DNA of 31,096 bases from a virus (taxonomy: Duplodnaviria > Heunggongvirae > Uroviricota > Caudoviricetes > Peduoviridae). The DNA lies in IMG/VR virus record IMGVR_UViG_2974787870_000001, one strand, 5' to 3'. The position numbers and the translations under genes were made by a program. A model generated the notes under the pieces. It did no database searches and had not been told where the DNA came from. It saw only the letters and a program-made list of their open reading frames with translations. Below are positions 9,139 to 19,326 of the stretch, piece by piece (the first letter of the stretch is position 1; each line of letters opens with the position of its first letter).

Positions 9139-9882
9139 ATGACGAGTCCCGCACAGCGCCACATGATGCGGGTCTCGGCAGCGATGACCGCGCAGCGGGA
9201 AGCCGCCCCGCTGCGACATGCAACTGTCTATGAGCAGATGCTGGTCAAGCTGGCCGCAGACCAGCGCACACTGAAAGCGATTTATTCAAAAGAGCTTAAG
9301 GCCGCGAAAAAACGCGAACTGCTGCCGTTCTGGTTGCCGTGGGTGAACGGCGTGCTGGAGCAGGGCAAAGGTGCACAGGATGACATTCTGATGACGGTCA
9401 TGCTGTGGCGTCTGGATACCGGCGATATTGCCGGTGCGCTGGAGATTGCCCGTTATGCCCTGAAGTACGGTCTGACCATGCCGGGTAAACACCGACGCAC
9501 CCCGCCGTACATGTTCACCGAGGAGGTGGCGCTCGCGGCCATGCGCGCTCACGCTGCCGGTGAGTCTGTGGATACCCGCCTGCTGACGGAGACCCTTGAA
9601 CTGACCGCCACGGCTGACATGCCTGATGAAGTGCGCGCAAAGCTGCACAAAATCACCGGTCTGTTTCTGCGTGACGCTGGTGATGCCGCAGGTGCGCTGG
9701 CGCACCTGCAACGTGCGACACAGCTCGACTGTCAGGCAGGCGTCAAAAAAGAGATTGAACGACTGGAGCGGGAACTGAAACCGAAGCCGGAGCCACAGCC
9801 AAAAGCGGCCACCCGCGCCCCGCGTAAGACCCGGAGTGCGACACCGGCAAAACGTGGACGCCCGAAAAAGAAAGCCAGTTAA
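9139..9882 (+). CDS. M: Terminase small (endonuclease) subunit GpM
   Basis: 247-aa ORF immediately after N; basic C-terminal tail; synteny with P2 M. Confidence 0.88.
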   Translation: MTSPAQRHMMRVSAAMTAQREAAPLRHATVYEQMLVKLAADQRTLKAIYSKELKAAKKRELLPFWLPWVNGVLEQGKGAQDDILMTVMLWRLDTGDIAGALEIARYALKYGLTMPGKHRRTPPYMFTEEVALAAMRAHAAGESVDTRLLTETLELTATADMPDEVRAKLHKITGLFLRDAGDAAGALAHLQRATQLDCQAGVKKEIERLERELKPKPEPQPKAATRAPRKTRSATPAKRGRPKKKAS

Positions 9883-9981
9883 CAACCGAATGCGCCCCGC
9901 GCCAGGGCGGCACGCCGGTCAGTGAGGGTGAATCACCTGACACTGCACCGGCGTCCACCGCCCGACTTTTCAGAGGTAGTC

Positions 9982-10491
9982 ATGATGACGCTGATTATTC
10001 CGCGAAAGGAGGCTCCCGTGTCCGGTGAGGGTACGGTGGTCATCCCGCAACCGGCAGGCGACGAGCCGGTGATTAAAAACACGTTCTTTTTTCCCGATAT
10101 CGACCCGAAGCGCGTCCGGGAACGTATGCGCCTTGAGCAGACCGTCGCCCCCGCCCGTCTGCGTGAGGCCATCAAGTCAGGCATGGCGGAGACGAATGCG
10201 GAGCTGTACGAGTACCGCGAACAGAAAATTGCCGCCGGTTTTACGCGTCTGGCGGACGTTCCGGCGGACGACATCGACGGTGAAAGCATCAAAGTTTTTT
10301 ACTACGAGCGCGCCGTGTGTGCGATGGCGACCGCGTCGCTTTATGAGCGTTATCGCGGCGTGGATGCCAGTGCGAAAGGCGACAAGAAGGCCGACAGCAT
10401 TGACAGCACCATTGATGAACTGTGGCGGGATATGCGCTGGGCGGTGGCGCGTATCCAAGACAAGCCGCGCTGCATCGTGAGTCAAATCTGA
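9982..10491 (+). CDS. L: Head completion/stabilisation protein GpL
   Basis: Start taken at 'MMTLIIPRKEAP' with a GAGG ribosome-binding site upstream; 169 aa. Confidence 0.85.
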   Translation: MMTLIIPRKEAPVSGEGTVVIPQPAGDEPVIKNTFFFPDIDPKRVRERMRLEQTVAPARLREAIKSGMAETNAELYEYREQKIAAGFTRLADVPADDIDGESIKVFYYERAVCAMATASLYERYRGVDASAKGDKKADSIDSTIDELWRDMRWAVARIQDKPRCIVSQI

Positions 10492-10694
10492 TGAAGACCT
10501 TTGCGCTACAGGGCGACACGCTCGACGCCATTTGTGTCCGGTATTACGGGCGCACTGAGGGCGTGGTTGAGACCGTGCTCGCCGCAAATCCGGGACTGGC
10601 TGAACTGGGTGCGGTGCTGCCACACGGCACCGCCGTCGAACTGCCCGACGTTCAGACCGCGCCCGTGGCTGAAACTGTCAATCTGTGGGAGTAA
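10491..10694 (+). CDS. X: Tail protein X (LysM-like)
   Basis: 67-aa ORF starting at an ATG overlapping the L stop; synteny. Confidence 0.8.
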   Translation: MKTFALQGDTLDAICVRYYGRTEGVVETVLAANPGLAELGAVLPHGTAVELPDVQTAPVAETVNLWE

Positions 10695-10697
10695 CGC

Positions 10698-10979
10698 ATG
10701 ACAGCAGAAGAAAAAAGCGTCCTGTCGCTTTTCATGATTGGGGTGCTGATTGTTGTCGGCAAGGTGCTTGCCGGTGGTGAACCCATCACCCCGCGTCTGT
10801 TTATCGGGCGCATGTTGCTCGGTGGTTTTGTCTCGATGGTTGCCGGTGTTGTTCTGGTGCAGTTTCCTGACCTGTCACTGCCTGCGGTGTGCGGCATCGG
10901 TTCCATGCTGGGTATCGCCGGTTATCAGGTGATTGAGATTGCCATTCAGCGCCGCTTTAAGGGCAGGGGGAAACCGTAA
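10698..10979 (+). CDS. Y: Holin GpY
   Basis: 93 aa with hydrophobic helices and a charged C-terminus (RRFKGRGKP); directly precedes the endolysin. Confidence 0.8.
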   Translation: MTAEEKSVLSLFMIGVLIVVGKVLAGGEPITPRLFIGRMLLGGFVSMVAGVVLVQFPDLSLPAVCGIGSMLGIAGYQVIEIAIQRRFKGRGKP

Positions 10980-11476
10980 TGCCGGTAATTAACACGCATC
11001 AGAATATCGCCGCCTTTCTCGACATGCTGGCCGTGTCCGAAGGGACGGCGAACCATCCGCTGACGAAAAACCGGGGCTATGACGTGATAGTCACCGGACT
11101 GGACGGAAAGCCGGAAATTTTCACCGACTACAGTGACCACCCGTTCGCGCATGGCCGACCGGCGAAGGTGTTTAACCGTCGCGGTGAAAAATCCACGGCC
11201 TCCGGTCGCTATCAGCAGCTTTACCTGTTCTGGCCGCATTACCGCAAACAGCTTGCCCTGCCGGATTTCAGTCCGTTGTCACAGGACAGGCTCGCCATTC
11301 AGTTGATCCGCGAACGCGGTGCGCTGGATGACATCCGGGCGGGGCGCATTGAGCGCGCCATTTCACGCTGTCGCAATATCTGGGCGTCCCTGCCGGGTGC
11401 CGGTTACGGTCAGCGTGAGCATTCACTGGAAAAACTGGTCACCGTCTGGCGTACCGCTGGCGGCGTACCGGCTTAA
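10979..11476 (+). CDS. K: Endolysin GpK (lysozyme family)
   Basis: 165-aa ORF with a lambda-R-like N-terminus (AAFLDMLAVSEGT); position in the lysis cassette. Confidence 0.85.
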   Translation: MPVINTHQNIAAFLDMLAVSEGTANHPLTKNRGYDVIVTGLDGKPEIFTDYSDHPFAHGRPAKVFNRRGEKSTASGRYQQLYLFWPHYRKQLALPDFSPLSQDRLAIQLIRERGALDDIRAGRIERAISRCRNIWASLPGAGYGQREHSLEKLVTVWRTAGGVPA

Positions 11477-11490
11477 ACGGAGTAAACACC

Positions 11491-11916
11491 ATGAAGAAAT
11501 TATCCCTTTCACTGATGCTGAACGTGTCGCTGGCGCTGATGCTTGCACTGTCCCTGATTTACCCGCAGAGCGTGACCGTCAGTTTTGTCGCTGCCTGGGC
11601 GATTCTGGCGACGGTTATCTGTGTGGTTGCCGGTGGTGTCGGCGTGTATGCCACTGAGTATGTGCTGGAACGCTACGGGCGGGAGCTGCCGCCGGAATCG
11701 CTGGCCGTGAAGATTGTCACGTCGCTGTTTTTGCAGCCGGTAACGTGGTGCCGACGGGCTGTGGGTCTGGTGGTGATGGTGGCGACGTTTATCTCGCTGG
11801 TCGCTGCCGGGTGGATTTTTACCGCGCTGATTTATCTCGTGGCGTCGCTGTTCTTCCGGCTGATACGTACGGCCTGTCGTCAGCGTCTTGAGGAGCGGGA
11901 ACTATGTCAAAGCTGA
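11491..11916 (+). CDS. lysA: LysA, membrane protein of the lysis cassette
   Basis: 141 aa, multiple hydrophobic segments; synteny. Confidence 0.75.
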   Translation: MKKLSLSLMLNVSLALMLALSLIYPQSVTVSFVAAWAILATVICVVAGGVGVYATEYVLERYGRELPPESLAVKIVTSLFLQPVTWCRRAVGLVVMVATFISLVAAGWIFTALIYLVASLFFRLIRTACRQRLEERELCQS

Positions 11917-12347
11917 TGATTGTGCTGGTCGTGTTGTTATCGCTGGCGGTGGCCGGTCTGTTTCTGGTGAAGCATGAAAACGCCAGCCTGCGCGCCTCGC
12001 TGGACAGGGTGAACAACGTCGCCAGTGAACAGCAGACGACCATCACTATGCTGAAAAATCAGCTTCATGTTGCCCTCACCAGGGCAGACAAAAACGAGCT
12101 GGCGCAGGTGGCACTGCGTCAGGAACTGGAGAACGCCGCGAAGCGTGAAGCACAGCGCGAGAAAACCATCACGAGGTTACTTAATGAAAACGAAGATTTT
12201 CGCCGCTGGTACGGCGCTGACCTGCCTGATACTGTGCGCCGGTTGCACCAGCGCCCCGCCTGCACCGATGCCAGTGATTGTCCACAACGCCTGCCCGAAA
12301 GTGAGTCTTTGCCCGATGCCGGGCAGCGACCCGGAGACGAACGGTGA
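11904..12347 (+). CDS. lysB: LysB, inner-membrane spanin (Rz-like)
   Basis: N-terminal transmembrane segment followed by a coiled-coil-like region; synteny. Confidence 0.8.
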   Translation: MSKLMIVLVVLLSLAVAGLFLVKHENASLRASLDRVNNVASEQQTTITMLKNQLHVALTRADKNELAQVALRQELENAAKREAQREKTITRLLNENEDFRRWYGADLPDTVRRLHQRPACTDASDCPQRLPESESLPDAGQRPGDER

Positions 12348-12474
12348 TTTAAGTGCCGATATCCGGCAGCTTGAGAACGCGCTGGCGCGCTGTGCCAGCC
12401 AGGTAAAAATGATTAAACACTGTCAGGACGAAAACGATGCTCAAACCCGACAGCCTGCGCAGGGCGCTGACTGA
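12184..12474 (+). CDS. lysC: LysC, outer-membrane lipoprotein spanin (Rz1-like), overlapping lysB in another frame
   Basis: Internal start 'MKTKIFAAGTALTCLILCAGC' carries a lipobox (LCAGC) in the alternate frame over the lysB 3' end. Confidence 0.7.
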   Translation: MKTKIFAAGTALTCLILCAGCTSAPPAPMPVIVHNACPKVSLCPMPGSDPETNGDLSADIRQLENALARCASQVKMIKHCQDENDAQTRQPAQGAD

Positions 12475-12904
12475 TGCCGTCACGGTGCTGAAAACCAGTC
12501 CCGAGATGCTGCGGATATTCGTTGATAACGGGAGTATTGCCTCCACGCTGGCGACGTCGTTGTCATTCGAAAAGCGTTACACGCTCAATGTGATTGTGAC
12601 CGACTTTACCGGTGATTTTGATCTGCTCATCGTGCCGGTGCTGGCGTGGCTGCGGGAAAATCAGCCCGACATCATGACCACCGACGCAGGCCAGAAAAAG
12701 GGCTTCACGTTTTATGCAGACATCAACAATGACAGCAGCTTTGATATCAGCATCAGCCTGATGCTGACCGAGCGCACGCTGGTCAGTGAGGTGGACGGCG
12801 CACTGCATGTGAAGAATATCCCGGAACCCACGCCGCCGGAGCCGGTCACCCGCCCGGTGGAGCTTTATATCAATGGCGAACTGGTGAGCATGTGGGATGA
12901 ATGA
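12437..12904 (+). CDS. R: Tail completion protein GpR
   Basis: 155-aa ORF; synteny. Confidence 0.82.
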   Translation: MLKPDSLRRALTDAVTVLKTSPEMLRIFVDNGSIASTLATSLSFEKRYTLNVIVTDFTGDFDLLIVPVLAWLRENQPDIMTTDAGQKKGFTFYADINNDSSFDISISLMLTERTLVSEVDGALHVKNIPEPTPPEPVTRPVELYINGELVSMWDE

Positions 12905-13349
12905 GTTTAAGCGTTTTGAAGACCGGCTGACCGGACTGATTGAATCGCTGTCACCGTCAGGGCGTCGGCGACTGAGCGCCGAACTGGCGAAACGTCTGCG
13001 GCAGAGTCAGCAGCGTCGGGTGATGGCTCAGAAAGCCCCGGACGGCACACCCTACGCGCCACGCCAGCAGCAGAGCGCCAGAAAAAAGACTGGTCGTGTT
13101 AAGCGAAAAATGTTTGCGAAACTTATCACCAGTCGTTTTTTGCATATCCGCGCCAGCCCGGAACAGGCATCAATGGAGTTTTACGGCGGAAAGTCACCGA
13201 AAATCGCCAGTGTGCATCAGTTCGGTCTGTCGGAAGAAAACCGGAAAGACGGTAAGAAAATTGATTATCCGGCGCGTCCCCTGCTCGGCTTTACCGGTGA
13301 GGATGTGCAGATGATTGAAGAGATTATTCTGGCGCACCTCGACCGTTAG
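12897..13349 (+). CDS. S: Tail completion protein GpS
   Basis: 150-aa ORF overlapping the R stop; synteny. Confidence 0.82.
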   Translation: MNEFKRFEDRLTGLIESLSPSGRRRLSAELAKRLRQSQQRRVMAQKAPDGTPYAPRQQQSARKKTGRVKRKMFAKLITSRFLHIRASPEQASMEFYGGKSPKIASVHQFGLSEENRKDGKKIDYPARPLLGFTGEDVQMIEEIILAHLDR

Positions 13350-13350
13350 T

Positions 13351-13368
13351 TGTGCCATTCCCGACACC
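13351..13368 (+). promoter_or_regulatory. Candidate late promoter element upstream of V (TGT-N12-ACC)
   Basis: Partial dyad in the 66-bp S-V intergenic region. Confidence 0.3.
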
Positions 13369-13415
13369 TCATCGTCACATTGCCGCCGGTATGACCCGGC
13401 GGCATCCTTCCCGTT

Positions 13416-14051
13416 ATGAACACTCTCGCAAATATTCAGGAACTCGCGCGCGCACTGCGCAACATGATCCGCACCGGCATTATCGTCGAAACCGACCTTA
13501 ACGCCGGTCGCTGCCGTGTGCAAACCGGCGGCATGTGCACCGACTGGCTTCAGTGGCTGACCCATCGCGCCGGACGTTCGCGCACATGGTGGGCACCTTC
13601 CGTGGGGGAACAGGTGCTGATTCTGGCCGTGGGCGGTGAACTCGACACGGCGTTCGTTCTGCCGGGGATTTATTCCGGCGATAACCCCGCGCCGTCGGCG
13701 TCGGCGGATGCCCTGCATATCCGTTTCCCTGACGGGGCGGTGATTGAGTATGAACCTGAAACCAGTGCACTCACGGTAAGCGGAATTAAAACGGCCAGCG
13801 TGACGGCTTCTGATTCTGTTACTGCCACGGTACCGGTGGTCATGGTGAAAGCATCAACCCGCGTCACCCTGGACACACCGGAGGTGGTCTGCACCAACAG
13901 GCTGATTACCGGCACGCTGGAAGTGCAGAAGGGCGGGACGATGCGCGGCAACATTGAACACACCGGCGGTGAACTTTCATCAAACGGTAAAGTACTGCAT
14001 ACCCATAAACACCCCGGCGACAGCGGCGGCAAAACCGGGAGTCCTCTATGA
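13416..14051 (+). CDS. V: Baseplate assembly/spike protein GpV
   Basis: 211-aa ORF; synteny. Confidence 0.88.
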   Translation: MNTLANIQELARALRNMIRTGIIVETDLNAGRCRVQTGGMCTDWLQWLTHRAGRSRTWWAPSVGEQVLILAVGGELDTAFVLPGIYSGDNPAPSASADALHIRFPDGAVIEYEPETSALTVSGIKTASVTASDSVTATVPVVMVKASTRVTLDTPEVVCTNRLITGTLEVQKGGTMRGNIEHTGGELSSNGKVLHTHKHPGDSGGKTGSPL

Positions 14052-14395
14052 CAGCGCGTTATCTCGGAATGAATCGCAGTGATGGCCTGACTGTCACTGA
14101 CCTTGAGCATATCAGCCAGAGTATCGGCGATATCCTGCGCACACCGGTCGGCTCACGGGTGATGCGTCGTGATTACGGCTCGTTGCTGGCGTCAATGATT
14201 GACCAGCCGCAGACCCCGGCGCTTGAGTTGCAGATTAAGGTCGCCTGTTACATGGCCGTGCTGAAATGGGAACCCCGCGTCACCCTGTCATCCGTCACCA
14301 CGGCGCGCAGTTTTGACGGGCGAATGACGGTCACGTTAACCGGTCAGCACAACGACACCGGCCAGCCACTTTCGTTAACCATCCCTGTGAGTTGA
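14048..14395 (+). CDS. W: Baseplate wedge protein GpW (gp25-like)
   Basis: 115-aa ORF overlapping the V stop; synteny. Confidence 0.85.
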   Translation: MTARYLGMNRSDGLTVTDLEHISQSIGDILRTPVGSRVMRRDYGSLLASMIDQPQTPALELQIKVACYMAVLKWEPRVTLSSVTTARSFDGRMTVTLTGQHNDTGQPLSLTIPVS

Positions 14396-14399
14396 AACC

Positions 14400-15308
14400 A
14401 TGCCGATTATCGACCTGAACCAGCTACCCGCACCGGATGTGGTCGAGGAGCTGGACTTTGAAACCATTCTTGCCGAACGCAAGGCGACACTGATTTCCCT
14501 TTACCCGGAAGACCAGCAGGAGGCGGTTGCCCGTACCCTGACGCTGGAATCCGAGCCTCTCGTCAAACTGCTGGAGGAAAATGCTTATCGTGAGCTTATC
14601 TGGCGTCAGCGTGTGAATGAGGCCGCACGGGCGGTGATGCTGGCCTGTGCTGCCGGTAATGACCTTGATGTGATTGGTGCCAATTACAACACCACGCGCC
14701 TGACTATCACCCCGGCAGATGATTCGACCCTCCCGCCGACACCGGCAGTGATGGAGTCTGACACCGATTATCGTCTGCGTATTCAGCAGGCGTTTGAAGG
14801 TTTAAGCGTCGCCGGGTCGGTGGGTGCCTATCAGTATCATGGCCGCAGTGCCGACGGGCGTGTCGCGGATATCTCTGTCACCAGTCCGTCTCCGGCCTGC
14901 GTCACTATCTCTGTGCTGTCACGTGAAAATAACGGCGTCGCATCCGAAGACCTGCTGGCCGTGGTGCGTAACGCCCTTAATGGCGAGGACGTCAGGCCGG
15001 TGGCCGACCGCGTGACCGTGCAGTCTGCCGCCATCGTTGAATACCAGATAAACGCCACGCTGTATCTTTACCCTGGTCCCGAAAGCGAACCCATCCGCGC
15101 TGCCGCCGTGAAAAAACTGGAAGCGTATATCACGGCACAGCACCGGCTGGGGCGCGACATCCGTCTGTCTGCCATTTATGCCGCTTTGCATGTGGAAGGC
15201 GTGCAGCGTGTCGAACTGACTGCACCACTGGCTGACATCGTGCTCAACAGTACGCAGGCGTCTTTCTGTACCGAATACCGCGTCGTGACCGGAGGCTCGG
15301 ATGAGTGA
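14400..15308 (+). CDS. J: Baseplate protein GpJ
   Basis: 302-aa ORF; synteny. Confidence 0.88.
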   Translation: MPIIDLNQLPAPDVVEELDFETILAERKATLISLYPEDQQEAVARTLTLESEPLVKLLEENAYRELIWRQRVNEAARAVMLACAAGNDLDVIGANYNTTRLTITPADDSTLPPTPAVMESDTDYRLRIQQAFEGLSVAGSVGAYQYHGRSADGRVADISVTSPSPACVTISVLSRENNGVASEDLLAVVRNALNGEDVRPVADRVTVQSAAIVEYQINATLYLYPGPESEPIRAAAVKKLEAYITAQHRLGRDIRLSAIYAALHVEGVQRVELTAPLADIVLNSTQASFCTEYRVVTGGSDE

Positions 15309-15831
15309 TTCGCGACTGCTGCCGACCGGCTCATCACCGCTTGAAGTTGCTGCCGCAAAAGCCTGTGCGGAAATTGAAAAAACGCCGGTCAGTATTCGTG
15401 AGCTGTGGAACCCGGACACCTGCCCGGCAAATCTGCTGCCGTGGCTGGCGTGGGCGTTTTCGGTCGACAGATGGGATGAAAAGTGGCCGGAAGCGACCAA
15501 GCGCGCCGTTATTCGCGATGCCTATTTCATCCACTGTCATAAGGGTACTATAGGTGCAATCCGGCGTGTGGTGGAGCCGCTCGGCTATCTCATTAACGTA
15601 AAGGAATGGTGGGAGACAAACGATCCAGCCGGAACCTTTCGCCTTGATATCGGTGTGCTGGAAAGCGGTATCACAGAGGAAATGTATCTGGAAATGGAAC
15701 GGCTGATTGCCGATGCCAAACCCGCAAGTCGCCACCTTATCGGCCTGAACATTATCCAGGACATTCCCGGCTATCTGTATACGGGCGGTGTGGTCTGTGA
15801 TGGTGATGTTATTACTGTTTATCCCGGATAA
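15301..15831 (+). CDS. I: Baseplate/tail-fibre attachment protein GpI
   Basis: 176-aa ORF overlapping the J stop; synteny. Confidence 0.85.
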   Translation: MSDSRLLPTGSSPLEVAAAKACAEIEKTPVSIRELWNPDTCPANLLPWLAWAFSVDRWDEKWPEATKRAVIRDAYFIHCHKGTIGAIRRVVEPLGYLINVKEWWETNDPAGTFRLDIGVLESGITEEMYLEMERLIADAKPASRHLIGLNIIQDIPGYLYTGGVVCDGDVITVYPG

Positions 15832-15841
15832 GTGAGAAACA

Positions 15842-18577
15842 ATGAGCACGAAATTTAAAACCGTTATCACTACTGCCGGAGCCGCAAAGCTGGCAGCCGC
15901 CACTGTCCCCGGCGGGAAAAAAGTAACCCTGTCTGCAATGGCCGTGGGTGACGGTAATGGCAAATTGCCGGTGCCGGATGCCGGTCAGACGAAACTGGTG
16001 CATGAGGTCTGGCGTCACGCTCTGAATAAAGTCAGCGTGGATAACAAGAATAAAAACTATATCGTGGCTGAACTGGTTGTACCGCCCGAAGTGGGCGGAT
16101 TCTGGATGCGTGAGCTTGGTCTGTATGACGATGCCGGAACACTGATTGCGGTCGCCAACATGGCAGAAAGCTATAAGCCTGAACTCGCTGAAGGCTCCGG
16201 GCGTGCGCAGACCTGCCGCATGGTTATTATTGTCAGTAACGTGGCGTCCGTTGAGCTGAGTATTGATGCCAGCACAGTGATGGCGACGCAGGATTACGTC
16301 GATGACAAAATCGCAGAACATGAGCAGTCCCGCCGCCATCCTGACGCCACGCTGACAGAAAAAGGTTTTACCCAGTTAAGCAGCGCAACAAACAGCACCA
16401 GTGAAAAACTGGCGGCAACGCCAAAAGCGGTCAAGGCTGCGAATGACAACGCAAATTCACGTCTGGCGAAAAATCAGAACGGTGCAGATATCCAGGATAA
16501 ATCAGCTTTTCTGGACAATGTTGGCGTTACCAGCCTGACGTTTATGAAAAACAACGGCGAAATGCCGGTTGATGCTGATCTGAATACATTTGGTCCAGTT
16601 AAGGCTTATCTGGGGATCTGGTCTAAAGCTACCTCAACTAACGCAACACTGGAGAAAAATTTCCCGGAAGATAATGCTGTCGGTGTGCTTGAGGTTTTTG
16701 CTGCCGGCAATTTTGCAGGCACGCAACGCTTTATCACGAGAGACGGCAATGTATACATGCGTAAACTCGCCAATAAGTGGAATGGTACTGATGGTCCATG
16801 GGGCGTATGGCGTCACACTCAATCAGCTACCCGCCCTTTGAGTACGACTATAGACCTGAATACGCTTGGAGCCGCCGAACATCTTGGTTTATGGCGTAAC
16901 AGTAGCTCGGCTATAGCTTCATATGAACGCAATTATCCAGAGGAAGGCGGCTTTGCTCAAGGGACGCTTGAGATCCTCGAAGGCGGGAATTATGGAAGAA
17001 CGCAACGTTATACCACTCGCCGTGGAAATATGTACGTCCGCTGCCTTGCGGCAAGCTGGGATGCATCAAATCCGCAGTGGGAACCGTGGTTAAGAGTCGG
17101 TCATCAGTCAGAGAGTCGTTATTACGAAGGTGATTTAAATGTTCTAACCGACCCCGGTATTTACAGTGTTACAGGAAAGGCAACAAACGGTCCGATGCTG
17201 GACACCGTTGGCGCGACACTACTTGGGATACTGGAAGTAATCAGACGTTTTGATGGTGTGTCTGTCTGGCAGCGTTACACAACCACAGGGAAATCAGAAA
17301 CCACACAGGGACGCACTTTTGAGCGCGTCTACGCCGGGAGCAAATGGACCGAATGGCGAGAAGTATATAACTCCTTTTCGTTGCCTCTGAATCTGGGCAT
17401 CGGTGGCGCAGTGGCAAAACTATCCATTCTGGACTGGCAGACCTACGATTTTGTGCCGGGCAGTCTGATAACCGTTCGGCTTGATAATATGACCAACATT
17501 CCCGACGGTATGGACTGGGGCGTCATTGATGGCAACCTGATAAACATCGCAGTTGGTCCGAGTGATGATTCCGGTACGGGGCGCTCAATGCATGTATGGC
17601 GCAGCACTGTAAGTAAAGCCAACTACCGCTTTTTTATGGTGCGCATTTCAGGAAATCCGGGAAGCCGCACGATCACAACAAGACGAGTACCAATCATTGA
17701 CGAAGCCCAGACATGGGGCGCGAAACAGACATTCAGTGCTGGCCTTTCTGGTGAACTGTCCGGCAATGCGGCGACAGCAACAAAGCTGAAAACAGCCCGT
17801 AAAATTAATAACGTTTCGTTTGATGGAACATCAGATATTAACCTGACGCCGAAAAATATTGGTGCATTTGCTTCAGGAAAAACAGGAGACACCGTTGCGA
17901 ATGATAAAGCCGTTGGATGGAACTGGAGTAGCGGAGCCTATAACGCAACTATTGGTGGGGCATCAACGTTAATTCTTCATTTTAATATCGGTGAAGGAAG
18001 TTGTCCCGCCGCCCAGTTTCGCGTTAATTATAAGAACGGTGGTATTTTTTATCGTTCTGCTCGTGACGGTTACGGATTCGAGGCTGACTGGTCTGAGTTT
18101 TATACCACAACGCGAAAACCTACAGCGGGAGATGTCGGTGCACTGCCGTTATCTGGTGGTCAATTGAATGGTGCTCTGGGTATAGGAACATCCAGTGCTC
18201 TTGGCGGTAATTCGATTGTTTTGGGTGATAATGACACGGGCTTTAAACAAAATGGTGATGGTAATCTGGATGTTTATGCTAATAGCGTCCATGTTATGCG
18301 CTTTGTCTCCGGAAGCGTTCAAAGTAATAAAACCATAAATATTACGGGGCGTGTTAATCCCTCGGATTACGGTAACTTTGATTCCCGCTATGTGAGAGAT
18401 GTCAGACTTGGCACACGTGTTGTCCAGACCATGCAGAAAGGGGTGATGTATGAGAAAGCAGGGCACGTAATTACCGGGCTTGGTATTGTCGGTGAAGTCG
18501 ATGGTGATGACCCCGCAGTATTCAGACCAATACAAAAATACATCAATGGCACATGGTATAACGTCGCACAGGTGTAA
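15842..18577 (+). CDS. H: Tail fibre protein GpH (conserved N-terminus, mosaic C-terminus with three tandem domain repeats)
   Basis: 911 aa; N-terminus 'MSTKFKTVITTAGAAKLAAA' as I recall for P2 H; GC drops in the distal half. Confidence 0.9.
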   Translation: MSTKFKTVITTAGAAKLAAATVPGGKKVTLSAMAVGDGNGKLPVPDAGQTKLVHEVWRHALNKVSVDNKNKNYIVAELVVPPEVGGFWMRELGLYDDAGTLIAVANMAESYKPELAEGSGRAQTCRMVIIVSNVASVELSIDASTVMATQDYVDDKIAEHEQSRRHPDATLTEKGFTQLSSATNSTSEKLAATPKAVKAANDNANSRLAKNQNGADIQDKSAFLDNVGVTSLTFMKNNGEMPVDADLNTFGPVKAYLGIWSKATSTNATLEKNFPEDNAVGVLEVFAAGNFAGTQRFITRDGNVYMRKLANKWNGTDGPWGVWRHTQSATRPLSTTIDLNTLGAAEHLGLWRNSSSAIASYERNYPEEGGFAQGTLEILEGGNYGRTQRYTTRRGNMYVRCLAASWDASNPQWEPWLRVGHQSESRYYEGDLNVLTDPGIYSVTGKATNGPMLDTVGATLLGILEVIRRFDGVSVWQRYTTTGKSETTQGRTFERVYAGSKWTEWREVYNSFSLPLNLGIGGAVAKLSILDWQTYDFVPGSLITVRLDNMTNIPDGMDWGVIDGNLINIAVGPSDDSGTGRSMHVWRSTVSKANYRFFMVRISGNPGSRTITTRRVPIIDEAQTWGAKQTFSAGLSGELSGNAATATKLKTARKINNVSFDGTSDINLTPKNIGAFASGKTGDTVANDKAVGWNWSSGAYNATIGGASTLILHFNIGEGSCPAAQFRVNYKNGGIFYRSARDGYGFEADWSEFYTTTRKPTAGDVGALPLSGGQLNGALGIGTSSALGGNSIVLGDNDTGFKQNGDGNLDVYANSVHVMRFVSGSVQSNKTINITGRVNPSDYGNFDSRYVRDVRLGTRVVQTMQKGVMYEKAGHVITGLGIVGEVDGDDPAVFRPIQKYINGTWYNVAQV

Positions 18578-18580
18578 TTT

Positions 18581-19108
18581 ATGCAGCATTTAAAAAATAT
18601 TACTGCGGGTAATCCAAAAACTGTTGCCCAATATCAACTGACAAAAAATTTTGATGTTATCTGGTTATGGTCCGAAGAGGGAAAAAACTGGTATGAGGAA
18701 GTAAGTAATTTTCAGGAAGACACGATAAAGATTGTTTACGACGAGAATAATATAATTGTCGGCATCACCAGAGATGCTTCAACGCTCAACCCTGAAGGTT
18801 TTAGCGTTGTCGAGGTTCCTGATATTACCGCCAACCGACGTGCTGATGACTCAGGTAAATGGATGTTTAAGGATGGTGCCGTGATTAAGCGGATTTATAC
18901 GGCAGACGAACAGCAACAACAGGCAGAATCACAAAAGGCCGCGTTACTTTCCGAAACCGAATCCGTGATTTTGCCGCTGGAGCGCGCTGTCAGGCTGAAT
19001 ATGGCAACAGATGAGGAGCGCAGTCGACTGGAAGCATGGGAACGCTACAGCGTTCTGGTCAGTCGTGTGGATCCTGCAAATCCTGAATGGCCGGAAATGC
19101 CGCAATAA
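18581..19108 (+). CDS. G: Tail fibre assembly chaperone GpG
   Basis: 175-aa ORF immediately after H; synteny. Confidence 0.82.
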   Translation: MQHLKNITAGNPKTVAQYQLTKNFDVIWLWSEEGKNWYEEVSNFQEDTIKIVYDENNIIVGITRDASTLNPEGFSVVEVPDITANRRADDSGKWMFKDGAVIKRIYTADEQQQQAESQKAALLSETESVILPLERAVRLNMATDEERSRLEAWERYSVLVSRVDPANPEWPEMPQ

Positions 19109-19326
19109 GTTGTATGAGCTCTGGTGGGAGCTTACATATCTATGGCACAGAGTAAAGCCTAATCTGACAGTCCGCTCTGTGCTAGGAGCGGACATTGTTG
19201 CCATCTATCTGCATAAATCTGTGGGGAGCTGCTCACTTGTGGGGAATGAGTCCTCAACTGTTTGCGTTTATAAACACAATCCTTTAGATTTTCTCCTACT
19301 ATCTACTAAAATTTTATCTAGTGAAA

